Source: Deltaproteobacteria bacterium
GTDB lineage: Bacteria > Desulfobacterota_D > UBA1144 > Nemesobacterales > CSP1-2
DNA length: 64,000 nucleotides
Direction of reading: 5' to 3'
Assembly (NCBI GenBank): GCA_052390235.1
Contig: JBQTHB010000003.1
Span: 128,001-192,000 of the forward strand
The notes under the pieces were generated by a model. It saw nothing but the letters and a program-made list of their open reading frames with translations. It was not told the origin of the DNA and made no database searches. Both the position numbers and the translations under genes were made by a program. Below, piece after piece: positions 11,580-21,366 of the stretch. Each line of letters starts with the position of its first letter. Position 1 is the first letter of the stretch.

Positions 11580-12332
11580 CTATCCGCCGCCGAGGAGCGT
11601 ATCAATCTGCGTTTTGAAAGCCTCAAGGGGCTGCGCGCCGCGGATGTAGAATCCGGTCATCTCCTTGCCCTCTTCGGTTTTACCTATGAAAAAGCTCGGA
11701 GTGCCTTTAACGCCGTAGCGCTGGCCATCCTCGAAATCCGCGGTTATCTCGGCGTTGTGCCTCGGCTCATCCTTCAGGCAGGCTTCAAATTTTGCATAGT
11801 CGAGTCCCAATTCCCCTGCCGAGCCGAGGGCGGCGGCAATATCGAGCTTATCGGGGTTTTTAAAGAGAAAATCGTTGGCTTCCCAGTATTTGCCCTGCTC
11901 TCCAGCGCAGTTGGCGACAATGGCGGCGGGGCGGGCTTTTTGATGAAACGCTAGGGGATAGTCCCTGAAAACGTATCTGACCTTCCCCTTGGCTATGTAC
12001 TCGCTCTCAATGGCGGGAAGGGTCTGCTCGTGGAATTTCTTGCAGAAAGGACACTGGTACTCGCTGAATTCAATTATCGTTATTGGGGCTTTAATGTCGC
12101 CTTTCATTGGGTCGTCGTCAATGCTCACCCTGACCTGAGCGGGGGGTTGCTCGGCTCCCTTGGGCGCGCCGGGGCCCGCGGATTTTATTCTCTGCACCTC
12201 TTGAAGGGTCGATGCGGCGATTTGCTTACCGACCGCCATCTCCTTTTTAAGCGTGCGCACCTCTCTGAGAGTCCAAGCGTTAAACCCAAGGGCTACGGCG
12301 ACAAATATTAGAATCAGCGTTTCATTTTTCAT
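11580..12332 (-). CDS. DsbA-family thiol-disulfide oxidoreductase with N-terminal anchor
   Basis: EFSEYQCPFC active site, GTPSF, GAQP. Confidence 0.9.
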   Translation of the reverse strand: MKNETLILIFVAVALGFNAWTLREVRTLKKEMAVGKQIAASTLQEVQRIKSAGPGAPKGAEQPPAQVRVSIDDDPMKGDIKAPITIIEFSEYQCPFCKKFHEQTLPAIESEYIAKGKVRYVFRDYPLAFHQKARPAAIVANCAGEQGKYWEANDFLFKNPDKLDIAAALGSAGELGLDYAKFEACLKDEPRHNAEITADFEDGQRYGVKGTPSFFIGKTEEGKEMTGFYIRGAQPLEAFKTQIDTLLGGG

Positions 12333-12377
12333 AGGATTAAACTGTAACTCAACGACGAAACCGGTGTCAAGGGGAAT

Positions 12378-13235
12378 TTACCCGTTTCCGCTCCCAGATG
12401 CCGCCGCGCTGGAAAGCTCCGCAATCAAGCCCGCGAGGTCGTCTTCGGACAGGCATCTCTCAATTCTCTCTAGGGATTTTCTGAACTCTGCTATGGACTC
12501 AAGCACGCGCCTCTTATTGGCGGTGAATATATCGCTCCACATCTCAGGGGAGCTTGCGGCGATTCTAGTATAGTCTCGAAGTCCGCCGCCGCCGAAATCG
12601 AGCATATTATCGGGCTTTTCCTGAGCGGCGATGGAATTGACCAGCGCGTAAGCGACGACGTGCGGCAGATGGCTCACAAAAGCGAATATCCTGTCATGAG
12701 ACTCGGCGTCCATGATTAAAACCCTAGCGCCGACAGCCTCCCAAAGCGCCGATACTTTATCGAGCGCGCCGGAGTGGGTTTGGCGGTCAGGCGTGAGAAT
12801 GCACCTCCTGTCGCAAAATAGTTTCGGATTCGCCGCCCATACCCCCGACCTCTCCGTGCCGGCTATTGGGTGTCCGCCAACGAAACGCAGATGAGGCGGG
12901 ATGAATTTGGCAATTTCTGCGACAATTCCCGATTTAACGCTTCCCACATCTGTGATTACCGCCCCTGCCGACGCCTCGGATACCACTGCCCGCGCAATTT
13001 GCGGGATAGCCCCCACGTGAGTTGCGGCGACTATAATCTCAGCCCCGCCAACGGAGGCGCGGTCAATTTTGGATGAGGCGCGGTCAACCACCCCCGCGGA
13101 GAGGGCGTATTCCAGGGCTTTGGGGTTTAAATCAACGCCCCAGACCTCTTCTGCCGCCTTCGCCTCTTTCAGCGCCGAGGCAAGCGAGCCTCCGATGAGT
13201 CCAAGTCCGACGATGGTTATTTTGGAGAAAGTCAT
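12378..13235 (-). CDS. tyrA: Prephenate/arogenate dehydrogenase
   Basis: GLGLIGGS, DVGSVK, GGHPIAG, SHLPH, TRIA; ATG at 13235. Confidence 0.95.
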   Translation of the reverse strand: MTFSKITIVGLGLIGGSLASALKEAKAAEEVWGVDLNPKALEYALSAGVVDRASSKIDRASVGGAEIIVAATHVGAIPQIARAVVSEASAGAVITDVGSVKSGIVAEIAKFIPPHLRFVGGHPIAGTERSGVWAANPKLFCDRRCILTPDRQTHSGALDKVSALWEAVGARVLIMDAESHDRIFAFVSHLPHVVAYALVNSIAAQEKPDNMLDFGGGGLRDYTRIAASSPEMWSDIFTANKRRVLESIAEFRKSLERIERCLSEDDLAGLIAELSSAAASGSGNG

Positions 13236-13348
13236 TTTCGGCTGTAAATGGTAGCCCAAACGAGGGCAAAAAGAAAGACTGGGCTTAGCCATGAGTTTTC
13301 ACGAATAGAGAATTTGTTCTACTGTCGGTGTATGGGACTCCGCTGGTT

Positions 13349-13418
13349 CGACTCCGCTCACCATGAAGATATAGAGTTCAATTCAATTTATTCTACCCCT
13401 TCACCCTGAGCGGAGTCG
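13349..13418. repeat. REP-like inverted repeat pair
   Basis: CGACTCCGCTCA..TGAAG pairs with CTTCA..TGAGCGGAGTCG; the 20-nt right arm recurs exactly at 32488-32507. Confidence 0.75.
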
Positions 13419-13472
13419 TAGGACGAGCAAGGATAATCCGACGTGCATCCAAGCCGGTATAATCCACACCTA

Positions 13473-13922
13473 ATGAGAGCGGTAATTCAGCGCGTAACAG
13501 AGGCGAGAGTGGATATTGAGGGAGAGGCTACCGGGCGAATCGGCAGGGGGCTTTTAATCCTCCTCGGCGCGGGCAGGGGGGACGACGAGTCGGATGCCGA
13601 ATATTTAGCCGAGAAAATTTCATCCCTGCGGATATTTGAAGACGAGGAGGGACGGATGAATCACTCCGTTACTGATGCGGGAGGGGAGGTTCTCGTCGTA
13701 TCGCAGTTTACGCTCTACGGGGATTGCCGCAGGGGCCGCCGCCCCTCGTTCGACGCCGCTATGCCACAGGATTCAGCCGAGAATCTCTATAATCACTTTG
13801 TGGACTCAATAAGCGGCAGGGGGCTAAGGGTTGAAACTGGCAGATTTGGGGCGCAGATGCAGGTGCATCTCGTAAACTCAGGCCCTGTTACCATTCTGCT
13901 GGACAGCAAAAAGGGGTTCTAG
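13473..13922 (+). CDS. dtd: D-aminoacyl-tRNA deacylase
   Basis: [19 protein letters not shown]. Confidence 0.97.
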   Translation: MRAVIQRVTEARVDIEGEATGRIGRGLLILLGAGRGDDESDAEYLAEKISSLRIFEDEEGRMNHSVTDAGGEVLVVSQFTLYGDCRRGRRPSFDAAMPQDSAENLYNHFVDSISGRGLRVETGRFGAQMQVHLVNSGPVTILLDSKKGF

Positions 13923-13950
13923 CCGGGAATCGAATCCAATATTCTGGGGC

Positions 13951-14182
13951 TTAGAACAGGGTCAATGGTTTGGGTTTGGGTTTGGGTTTGGGTTTGGGTT
14001 TGGGTTTGGGTTTGGGTTTGGGTTTGGGTTTGGGTTTGGGTTCGGCACTGTTTTGCTCTTCTTGATTTTGCAAAAATTCCAACCGAAATTCATCTTTAAT
14101 CCGACCGTTATTCGCCAATCTATCGAGAATCATCTTAAAATAATCGGGATGAATTTCTGAAGAGACAAAATTGCGTTTGAGT
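13951..14182 (-). pseudogene. Probable 3' remnant of an N4/N6 DNA methyltransferase gene with a PK-repeat tail
   Basis: AT-richer segment reading LKRNFVSSEIHPDYFKMILDRL, like the C-terminal segment of beta-class MTases (cf. GRKFVGFEINEKYCDLAVERI in 22147-23010); no MTase N-terminal part upstream. Confidence 0.55.
13969..14040 (+). repeat. Perfect hexanucleotide tandem repeat (TTTGGG)12
   Basis: 12 uninterrupted units counted directly. Confidence 0.97.
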
Positions 14183-15388
14183 TTAAATAGGGCTGAGGGT
14201 CTGGAGTTCATTTTCCGCCCCCTCGTCTCCGGCGATTTTAATATCCAAATCCCCCTCCCACGGGACGAAGGCAACCCCGACGGCGTCAGACACGGCGGCT
14301 ATGGCGCGGTAAATCTCAAGCGCCTCAGCGCTCGGTACGGGTTTTTTGTCATTCCAGTCAATCATCTGCATCTTGACTATCGCCCTTTTCGGACTCCCAA
14401 GCTCGGCGATGGACTTTCGCGTTATCCCCCGGATTATCTCGATGACCTCAGAGGAGTCAACCCCCAGTTCTTCCATCATCTGGCGCTGATATGCCATCAC
14501 CGCAACCAGGTCAAATTCCTTGGCAAGCTGGATGTCGTGGGACTGCCAGATGAGATTATTGTAGGTATTATGAAACAGCTCGTAGTAGGCGTTAAAGACC
14601 GTAGTGAGTTTGGGATTCTCCGACTTTACAGTGCCGACAAGCCTGGATGCGACTTGCCTAAGGCGGCCGTTTTTCCACCTCGCCCACCTGTCAAAGGCCT
14701 CCGTGTAGCGGATGCGCTCCACCCTGCCATTGGGTCTTAGCTCTACTTCGCTGTACATATCCGCGGCTTCGAGCCTCGTGTTGAAATCGAGCAGGTACTG
14801 CAGCTTTGCCGACGCCCCGAAACCCTCCATGTGCTTTATGATGAAATCGTCTTGAAATAGCACGCCGTCAATATCGTACTTCGCGAGGTCTCGGTACAGG
14901 CTCTCCAGACGCTTGACTGCCTTGGGATTAAATAGATCCAGCCTCTCAATAGTGGATTCCTCCCCCTTGGCAAGTGAGAATTCGGCGTCCATAAGGCTCT
15001 CATCCGCCCCATAGACGGCGCGTCTCGTGGTCATCCAAGCAAATATCGAGACCCCTTCTAGGCGGGCGGCCCGCGCGGCCTCCCCCAGAATATCGGCTAT
15101 GACGGGCGAGTGGGCGGTTGCGTAATAGACCCCCGCCCTCGATTCGGGATTGTCCCCCGCGAGCTTGTGGATTCTATCGCCTCGGTTGCCGAAAACGCGG
15201 AATATTACGGTATTGATTCCGCTTTGCTTCATGCGCCGAATCTCCTCGCGCAGTTCATCGAAGGACGCCGCTTTGGTATAGAAAATCTGAGCCGCGCGAA
15301 TCGCAGAGGCGTCTTCGGACGCAAAGGCGGCGGGGACGGCGAGAAGGGATATTAAAATAATCTGCAGGAGTAGCGGCATGAAATTCAT
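14183..15388 (-). CDS. Secreted PgaB C-terminal-like glycoside hydrolase (GHL13/GH153-like TIM barrel)
   Basis: Signal peptide (AFA|S), GINTVIFRVF, FAWM, LYRDLA..DIDGVLFQDD, VAVMAY. Confidence 0.7.
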   Translation of the reverse strand: MNFMPLLLQIILISLLAVPAAFASEDASAIRAAQIFYTKAASFDELREEIRRMKQSGINTVIFRVFGNRGDRIHKLAGDNPESRAGVYYATAHSPVIADILGEAARAARLEGVSIFAWMTTRRAVYGADESLMDAEFSLAKGEESTIERLDLFNPKAVKRLESLYRDLAKYDIDGVLFQDDFIIKHMEGFGASAKLQYLLDFNTRLEAADMYSEVELRPNGRVERIRYTEAFDRWARWKNGRLRQVASRLVGTVKSENPKLTTVFNAYYELFHNTYNNLIWQSHDIQLAKEFDLVAVMAYQRQMMEELGVDSSEVIEIIRGITRKSIAELGSPKRAIVKMQMIDWNDKKPVPSAEALEIYRAIAAVSDAVGVAFVPWEGDLDIKIAGDEGAENELQTLSPI

Positions 15389-15451
15389 TTTCCACGCCCA
15401 ATAAGGCTGAGTCAAGTTGATTTTCTAAGCCTTAACATTATATTAACCCGC

Positions 15452-15904
15452 ATGGAGCGCGTGGTTTGCCAGAATCCGACATCGCACAGGGATTACTTCC
15501 TCGAAGAGACATTCGAGGCGGGGCTTGAGCTTCGAGGCTCCGAGGTCAAATCCCTCAGAGACGGGCAGGCGAGTATTAAAGAGAGTTTCGCATCGCTTAT
15601 GAAGGGGGAATTTTTCCTCATCAATAGCTACATCGCCCCCTACGAACAGGCGAATATATTCAACCACGACCCCAAGCGCAATAGAAAACTCCTCCTCCAC
15701 AGGAGGGAGATAAACCGCCTCATCGGCAAAACCCGCACCAAGGGATATACGCTCGTCCCCGTGAAAATTTACTTCAAGGACAGAAGGGCAAAGGTCGAGA
15801 TTGCTCTGGCGAAGGGGAAAAAGTTCTACGACAAACGCGAGGACATCAAGCAGAGAGATGCCGAGCGGGAAATGGAGAAAGAATTTAAGAGGCGGCGTTT
15901 TTAA
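15452..15904 (+). CDS. smpB: SsrA-binding protein
   Basis: EAGLELRGSEVKSLR, RKLLLHRREI, GKKFYDKR. Confidence 0.98.
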   Translation: MERVVCQNPTSHRDYFLEETFEAGLELRGSEVKSLRDGQASIKESFASLMKGEFFLINSYIAPYEQANIFNHDPKRNRKLLLHRREINRLIGKTRTKGYTLVPVKIYFKDRRAKVEIALAKGKKFYDKREDIKQRDAEREMEKEFKRRRF

Positions 15905-15984
15905 GGTACACTGTCCTAAGCGATAATAGATATGCAGTTAGCTAGAGAGATTGGGGTGAATAGTTTTTTTGTTCTTTGACAAGT

Positions 15985-16339
15985 GGGGGCGATTGGCTTC
16001 GACGGGGAATGGGATAGCTCAGGATGCACGTCGAGCTTCTGTTAACTCGTTAAACTGGCAGAGCACACACAAGTGCCGAACCAATCAACGCACTCGCAGC
16101 CTAACTAGAGCGGCGACGTCTCCTTCAGCCCTGCCCGCTGGGCTGTCGTGAGGCGAGACTCAAACGGGATTGGCCGGGGGCAGAGCTTGAGATGCCGTCG
16201 GACGAAAATAGTTATCAAGCTGGAACCGGAAACCCCGCCTATCGGAGCGTTCGGTTCGACATCAGAGGGTAGGCTAAACGTGTAGAGTCCGGGCGAGGCT
16301 CTTTCTCGGACCTGGGTTCGATTCCCAGCGCCTCCACCA
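15985..16339 (+). ncRNA. ssrA: tmRNA, tag (A)AEPINALAA encoded at 16075-16104
   Basis: 5' GGGGGCG..GGCTTCGAC, 3' T-arm GGGTTCGATTCCC and CGCCTCCACCA end; short internal ORF ending LAA-stop; follows smpB. Confidence 0.96.
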
Positions 16340-16368
16340 CTTTTTCAAACATTAAAGATTCATCGGAA

Positions 16369-18510
16369 ATGACTCGGCGGAAAGTTAGAATCAAATCAAC
16401 TAAGCTCAAACGTGCCGCGCTGATTTTAGGCGGCGCAGTTGGGTTTTATGTTTTGTTTATATTACTGACCCTCCCGGACGTTGACAGGGGACTCGAAAGC
16501 GGGCTTACCCCATTCCGCACATCCCAAATTGTCGCAAGGGACAACTCGGTCGTCAGGGCGTATGGCAGATTTCACTACAAGCCCGTCTCGCTGTCCGATA
16601 TAAGCCCAGACCTAATTGACGCCTTCATCGCCACCGAAGACCGCAGATTCTATAGCCACTCCGGCGTGGATGCTCAGTCCATCCTCCGCGCCGTTTTCGA
16701 GAATGTCCGCTCTACCAGGATAAAACAAGGGGCAAGCACCATAACGCAGCAACTCGCCCGCAACGTTTTTCTCTCGCACAAACGCTCGATGTCGAGGAAA
16801 ATCCAAGAGGCTCTCATCGCCCTGAAACTCGAGGGCAGGCTCAGCAAGGACGAGATTCTTGAGACGTATCTGAACAACATCTATTTCGGCGAGGCGGCGT
16901 ACGGCATTGGGGCGGCGGCAGAAATTTACTTCGGCAAATCCCCCAAGAGGCTCGACAAAGCCGAAGTCGCCCTTCTCGTGGGACTCCCTCAAGCCCCATC
17001 GAGGTATAATCCGTTTGAAAACCCGGAGCTCGCCCTAAGCCGCCGAAGCGCCGTGATAGACAACCTAGTAGAAGCCGGAAAAATCGGGGAAAAAGAGGCG
17101 GAAACACTTAAAAAACGCAGGCTTAACCTAGCCCCCCGGCGCAGAGAAACCCAAATCGCGAGCGACAGGGCGAGGTTTTTTAGCCAGTACGTCGTCAAAC
17201 AAGCCCTCGCAAAGCTCGACATGGATGAGCAGGAATTCTGGCAGGAGGGGCTGAAAGTCTATACCACGATTGACCCCAAAGCCCAGAGCATAGCCGAAGC
17301 CCAGGTAAAAAAATTAAACGAGCAGTACGGCAGAACGGGTAAGGATAATCAGGCGGCGCTACTGTCCATGGAAGTCGGCGGAGCGGTCATCGCCTATGTG
17401 GGGGGGCAGGACTTCAAAGTGAGCCAATTCGACCGTGTATCCCAAGCGAAAAGACTCGCGGGGTCGCTTTTTAAGGTTTTCGTCTATACGGCGGCTATGG
17501 AGAAGGGAATCTCGCCCCTTATGGTCTATGAAGATGCGCCGATTCAGTACGGCGATTGGAAGCCGGAGAACTACGACCAGAGGCATCACGGGAGAATGAC
17601 CTTGGCGCACGCCCTCGTGAAATCAAACAACATCGTAGCCGTGAAACTGCTGGAGGACATATCCCCTAGGGCGGCTATTAAAACCGCTCAGAAAATGGGA
17701 ATCTCATCCCCGATGGACGCCAACCTCGCCCTAGCCCTCGGAGCAGTGGACGTGAGCTTAGATGAGATGACCGCCGCGGTAAATGTCCTCAACAACAGCG
17801 GAGTGTATGTGAAACCCTACGCCATTGAAAAAATCATCGGGCGCGATGGGGGCGTACTGTACGAGCATAAGCCTGAGAGCAGAGAGGTTCTGAGCCGCTC
17901 TGTGCGCGATACGATGGTCGAGCTAATGGAGGGAGTGATTCGATACGGCACGGGGCGCTACGCCTCAATCAACCGCCCCGCCGCAGGGAAAACCGGCACG
18001 AGCGATGACTACAGGGACGCTTGGTTCATAGGGTTTACCCCTGAGATAACCACCGGGGTTTGGGTCGGCAATGACACCAATTCCAAGATGTGGAGCATCA
18101 CCGGAGGGAGCCTTCCGGCGGGCATATGGCGCACTTATATGTCTCAGGTTCTCGCAGGCAGAGACAAGAGGGAATTCAACCTCGAAGAGGCTTTTGCCGT
18201 CGAGGGCAAGGATTTTCTCCCCATCAATTCCATTAATCTCATTGCGAGCCAAATCGCTGAGACCCTAAATCAAGGAGAATTTAAACTCGGACAATCCCCC
18301 TCGCCAAACCCCGACGACGCTTTCATTGACCCGGATTTAGAGAGCGCCATCTCCGCTCCACCCGATGATGACAAACGGAAATCCCCGCAGGAGGCGCAGA
18401 ATGATAGCTCGGCGGCGGATGGCTCAAATCTCGACTGGGAATCCCTTAGGAGAGAGGGGCAATCGGCCGATGTGGATGATGACCAGGACGACGACCCCCT
18501 AGAGCCGTAA
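16369..18510 (+). CDS. Class A penicillin-binding protein (PBP1A family) with acidic tail
   Basis: EDRRFYSH, GASTITQQL, RKIQE; SxxK (GSLFK), SNN, KTGT. Confidence 0.95.
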   Translation: MTRRKVRIKSTKLKRAALILGGAVGFYVLFILLTLPDVDRGLESGLTPFRTSQIVARDNSVVRAYGRFHYKPVSLSDISPDLIDAFIATEDRRFYSHSGVDAQSILRAVFENVRSTRIKQGASTITQQLARNVFLSHKRSMSRKIQEALIALKLEGRLSKDEILETYLNNIYFGEAAYGIGAAAEIYFGKSPKRLDKAEVALLVGLPQAPSRYNPFENPELALSRRSAVIDNLVEAGKIGEKEAETLKKRRLNLAPRRRETQIASDRARFFSQYVVKQALAKLDMDEQEFWQEGLKVYTTIDPKAQSIAEAQVKKLNEQYGRTGKDNQAALLSMEVGGAVIAYVGGQDFKVSQFDRVSQAKRLAGSLFKVFVYTAAMEKGISPLMVYEDAPIQYGDWKPENYDQRHHGRMTLAHALVKSNNIVAVKLLEDISPRAAIKTAQKMGISSPMDANLALALGAVDVSLDEMTAAVNVLNNSGVYVKPYAIEKIIGRDGGVLYEHKPESREVLSRSVRDTMVELMEGVIRYGTGRYASINRPAAGKTGTSDDYRDAWFIGFTPEITTGVWVGNDTNSKMWSITGGSLPAGIWRTYMSQVLAGRDKREFNLEEAFAVEGKDFLPINSINLIASQIAETLNQGEFKLGQSPSPNPDDAFIDPDLESAISAPPDDDKRKSPQEAQNDSSAADGSNLDWESLRREGQSADVDDDQDDDPLEP

Positions 18511-18519
18511 CTTCTTATC

Positions 18520-19140
18520 ATGATAATACAACTCGTTCTTGCAACCAAAAACGAGGGGAAAGCAAGGGAATTTGCAGATCTCCTCAAGCCTATAGCCGGG
18601 CGCGTGCTATCGCTAATAGATATAAATTTCGCGGGCGAGGTCATCGAAGACGGGCTCACATTCAGGGAAAACGCCCTGAAAAAAGCCCGCGCCATAAGGG
18701 ATTTTAGCGCTATGCCCGCCCTTGCCGACGACTCCGGGCTTGAGGTTGAAGCCCTCGGAGGCAGACCGGGAGCGCTCTCAGCACGGTATGCCGGAGCCGG
18801 GGCGAGCGACAAATCAAACATCGAGAAACTCCTTGGGGAAATGCGGGGAATTTCAAATAGGCGCGCGAGATTTGCCTGCTCCCTTGTCCTTGCCCTGCCC
18901 GACGGGAGGGAGCTAGTCGCCGAGGCAACCTGCGAAGGGGTTATCGCCCATGAGCCGAGGGGAGCGGGGGGATTCGGCTACGACCCCATTTTTTTCATCC
19001 CGCATCTGCAAAGGACAATGGCTGAGATGATCCCCGAGGAAAAAAATATTATCAGCCACAGAGCAAGAGCCGTGGAGGGGTTGATAGCGCTCGTCAGGAA
19101 TATCGCCGGCGAAAAATATTTTCTCGACGCGCCCATATAG
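18520..19140 (+). CDS. rdgB: dITP/XTP pyrophosphatase (RdgB/HAM1)
   Basis: ATKNEGK, ADDSGL, GFGYDP, SHRA. Confidence 0.95.
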   Translation: MIIQLVLATKNEGKAREFADLLKPIAGRVLSLIDINFAGEVIEDGLTFRENALKKARAIRDFSAMPALADDSGLEVEALGGRPGALSARYAGAGASDKSNIEKLLGEMRGISNRRARFACSLVLALPDGRELVAEATCEGVIAHEPRGAGGFGYDPIFFIPHLQRTMAEMIPEEKNIISHRARAVEGLIALVRNIAGEKYFLDAPI

Positions 19141-19211
19141 GCCAGCCCGCATACCCCAAGCCCCGAAATAGAGCTACTTTGAGAATATTTCAAAGCTCCA
19201 GCCGTGAAAAG

Positions 19212-19240
19212 TTGCCAGAGGGCGAAGTTTCAAATATATT
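19212..19240 (+). promoter_or_regulatory. sigma70 promoter for pyrG
   Basis: TTGCCA-17nt-TATATT. Confidence 0.55.
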
Positions 19241-19307
19241 AGATTGAACCTAGCGCGAACGACTCTCCCGCCGTTGGTTCAAATCACGCCATCAGGGTAA
19301 ACCAGAG

Positions 19308-20921
19308 ATGAATAAAACCAAATTTATATTCGTTACCGGAGGCGTTATGTCGTCTCTGGGCAAAGGGCTTGCCGCCGCCTCCATCGGGGCTTTGCTCGAA
19401 AGCCGCGGGCTTCAGGTTACGATGCAGAAGTTAGACCCGTATATAAACGTTGACCCCGGCACAATGAGCCCGTTTCAGCACGGCGAGGTCTATGTAACCG
19501 ACGACGGAGCGGAAACCGACCTCGACCTAGGACACTATCAACGGTTCACGCGCTCAAGGCTCACGAAGAAAAGCAATTTCACGAGCGGCAAGGTCTATCA
19601 CACCGTTATCCTCAATGAGCGCGAGGGAAAATATCTGGGCAAAACCATTCAGGTCATCCCCCACATCACGGATGAAATCAAGGCCAATATCCTCGGCGCG
19701 GCTGAGGACAACGACGTGGTCATCGTGGAAATTGGCGGCACCGTGGGAGACATCGAGAGCCTGCCGTTCCTCGAAGCCGTCAGGCAGATGCGCTCGGATT
19801 TAGGACGCGACAACACGCTCTACGTCCATTTGACATATGTCCCCTACGTTGCCCCCGCCGGAGAGCTTAAAACAAAGCCCACTCAGCACAGCGTCAAAGA
19901 CCTGCTTCAAATCGGCATTCAGCCCGATGTAATCCTCTGCCGCACGGACAGATTCCTCCCGCGGGACATCAAAGAGAAAATCGCCCTATTTTGCAACGTG
20001 CCGATTCAAGCCGTCATCACGGCAAAGGACGTGGATTCAATTTACGAAGTCCCCCTTATTTTCCATCAGGAGGGATTGGACGAGATAATTATCGAATCGC
20101 TTAAGATGTGGACTCGCAGGCCCGCCCTAGACAATTGGCGCGAGCTTGTGAATAAGGTCGAGAATTTAAGCTCGGACGTGGTCATCGGCGTCGTCGGCAA
20201 GTACATAAGCCAAAAAGACGCCTATAAGAGCCTACACGAGGCACTCTATCACGGCGGAATTGCCAATAACTCGAAAGTGAGCATCAAATACGTTGACTCG
20301 GAGGAAATCGAGGCGAAGGGCGCGGAGAGTCTCCTGGGGGGCGTTCACGGAGTGCTTGTTCCGGGGGGATTTGGCAAACGGGGAACTGAGGGGAAAATCG
20401 AAGCCGTGCGATTTGCGAGGGAGCGTAAAGCGCCGTTTTTCGGGATATGTTTGGGGATGCAGATGGCGGTGATTGAATTTGCGCGGAATCTATGCGGGAT
20501 AGAGGACGCAAACTCGCTTGAGTTCGAGCCGGAGTGCCAAAACCCTGTGGTAAACCTCATGGAAGAGCAGAGGGCGGTTACGGACAAGGGCGGCACGATG
20601 AGGCTTGGGGCGTACCCTTGTAACTTGAAATCCGGCTCGCTTGCCGAGAGCGCCTATAAATCCGATAGAATCTCCGAGCGGCACAGGCACAGGTATGAAA
20701 TCAACAACGGCTACCGAGACGCTCTTGCCGCCGCCGGAATGATCGTTAGCGGCATCTCCCCCGATGGGAGCCTCGTCGAGATGATAGAGATTGAAAAGCA
20801 CCCGTGGTTCGTGGGATGCCAGTTTCACCCGGAGTTCAAATCCGCTCCGCTCGCGCCGCACCCTCTTTTCAGGGATTTCATCAGAGCCGCGCTTGAATAT
20901 AAATCCTCGCTTCCGTCCTGA
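19308..20921 (+). CDS. pyrG: CTP synthase
   Basis: [28 protein letters not shown]. Confidence 0.99.
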   Translation: MNKTKFIFVTGGVMSSLGKGLAAASIGALLESRGLQVTMQKLDPYINVDPGTMSPFQHGEVYVTDDGAETDLDLGHYQRFTRSRLTKKSNFTSGKVYHTVILNEREGKYLGKTIQVIPHITDEIKANILGAAEDNDVVIVEIGGTVGDIESLPFLEAVRQMRSDLGRDNTLYVHLTYVPYVAPAGELKTKPTQHSVKDLLQIGIQPDVILCRTDRFLPRDIKEKIALFCNVPIQAVITAKDVDSIYEVPLIFHQEGLDEIIIESLKMWTRRPALDNWRELVNKVENLSSDVVIGVVGKYISQKDAYKSLHEALYHGGIANNSKVSIKYVDSEEIEAKGAESLLGGVHGVLVPGGFGKRGTEGKIEAVRFARERKAPFFGICLGMQMAVIEFARNLCGIEDANSLEFEPECQNPVVNLMEEQRAVTDKGGTMRLGAYPCNLKSGSLAESAYKSDRISERHRHRYEINNGYRDALAAAGMIVSGISPDGSLVEMIEIEKHPWFVGCQFHPEFKSAPLAPHPLFRDFIRAALEYKSSLPS

Positions 20922-20975
20922 AGGTCAATAGAGCGGCTCGGGGCGCGCTTCGGAATTAAATTGCGCCGCGCCGTC

Positions 20976-21004
20976 TTGACTCATGGGGTTCTTCAATTTA
21001 AATT
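20976..21004 (+). promoter_or_regulatory. sigma70 promoter for tRNA-Asn
   Basis: TTGACT-17nt-TAAATT. Confidence 0.55.
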
Positions 21005-21032
21005 TAATACGCTTTTAATAATCCAAACCAAA

Positions 21033-21108
21033 TCCGGAGTAGCTCAGTCGGCAGAGCGAGTGGCTGTTAACCACCAGGTCGGGGGTTCGAATCCCTCCTC
21101 CGGAGCCA
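21033..21108 (+). tRNA. tRNA-Asn (GTT)
   Basis: 76-nt cloverleaf: TCCGGAG/CTCCGGA acceptor, loop CTGTTAA, GGTTCGAATCC, encoded CCA. Confidence 0.97.
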
Positions 21109-21309
21109 TTAAATCAGATACACAAATCCAAGAAGCGAGATCCGAAATGACGCGCCCCGCCACAATTTTTCTGGGGCAAAGGAGGCGGGGCGATGGACGC
21201 GCCCGCTCGGAGGGGGGGGTCTGGGGAGGAATCCGCGTGGGCTTCGGCTTTTTCTTTTGGCGAAATTCGGGCAGGCGGAATCTTGAGCTAGTAAATGAAT
21301 TAACATTCA

Positions 21310-21342
21310 TGCTAACTATCGTATGTAGAATCAAAGTTAGCA
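21310..21342 (+). promoter_or_regulatory. Candidate C-protein operator
   Basis: Perfect inverted repeat TGCTAACT-17nt-AGTTAGCA ending 24 nt before the controller gene. Confidence 0.5.
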
Positions 21343-21366
21343 AGTGAGTACACTGGAGTTACCAAT

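Noticed and set aside
13969..14040. Eukaryotic telomere contamination
   Set aside because: The array is short, internal and in frame with a bacterial-like peptide; only read data can fully exclude an artefact
19242..19285. pyrG attenuator hairpin
   Set aside because: TTGAACC/GGTTCAA stem has no following U tract and overlaps the predicted start site
20961..21347. ORFs of 128, 99 and 65 aa around the tRNA
   Set aside because: Two overlap the tRNA and all cover the structured non-coding element; no RBS or family signal
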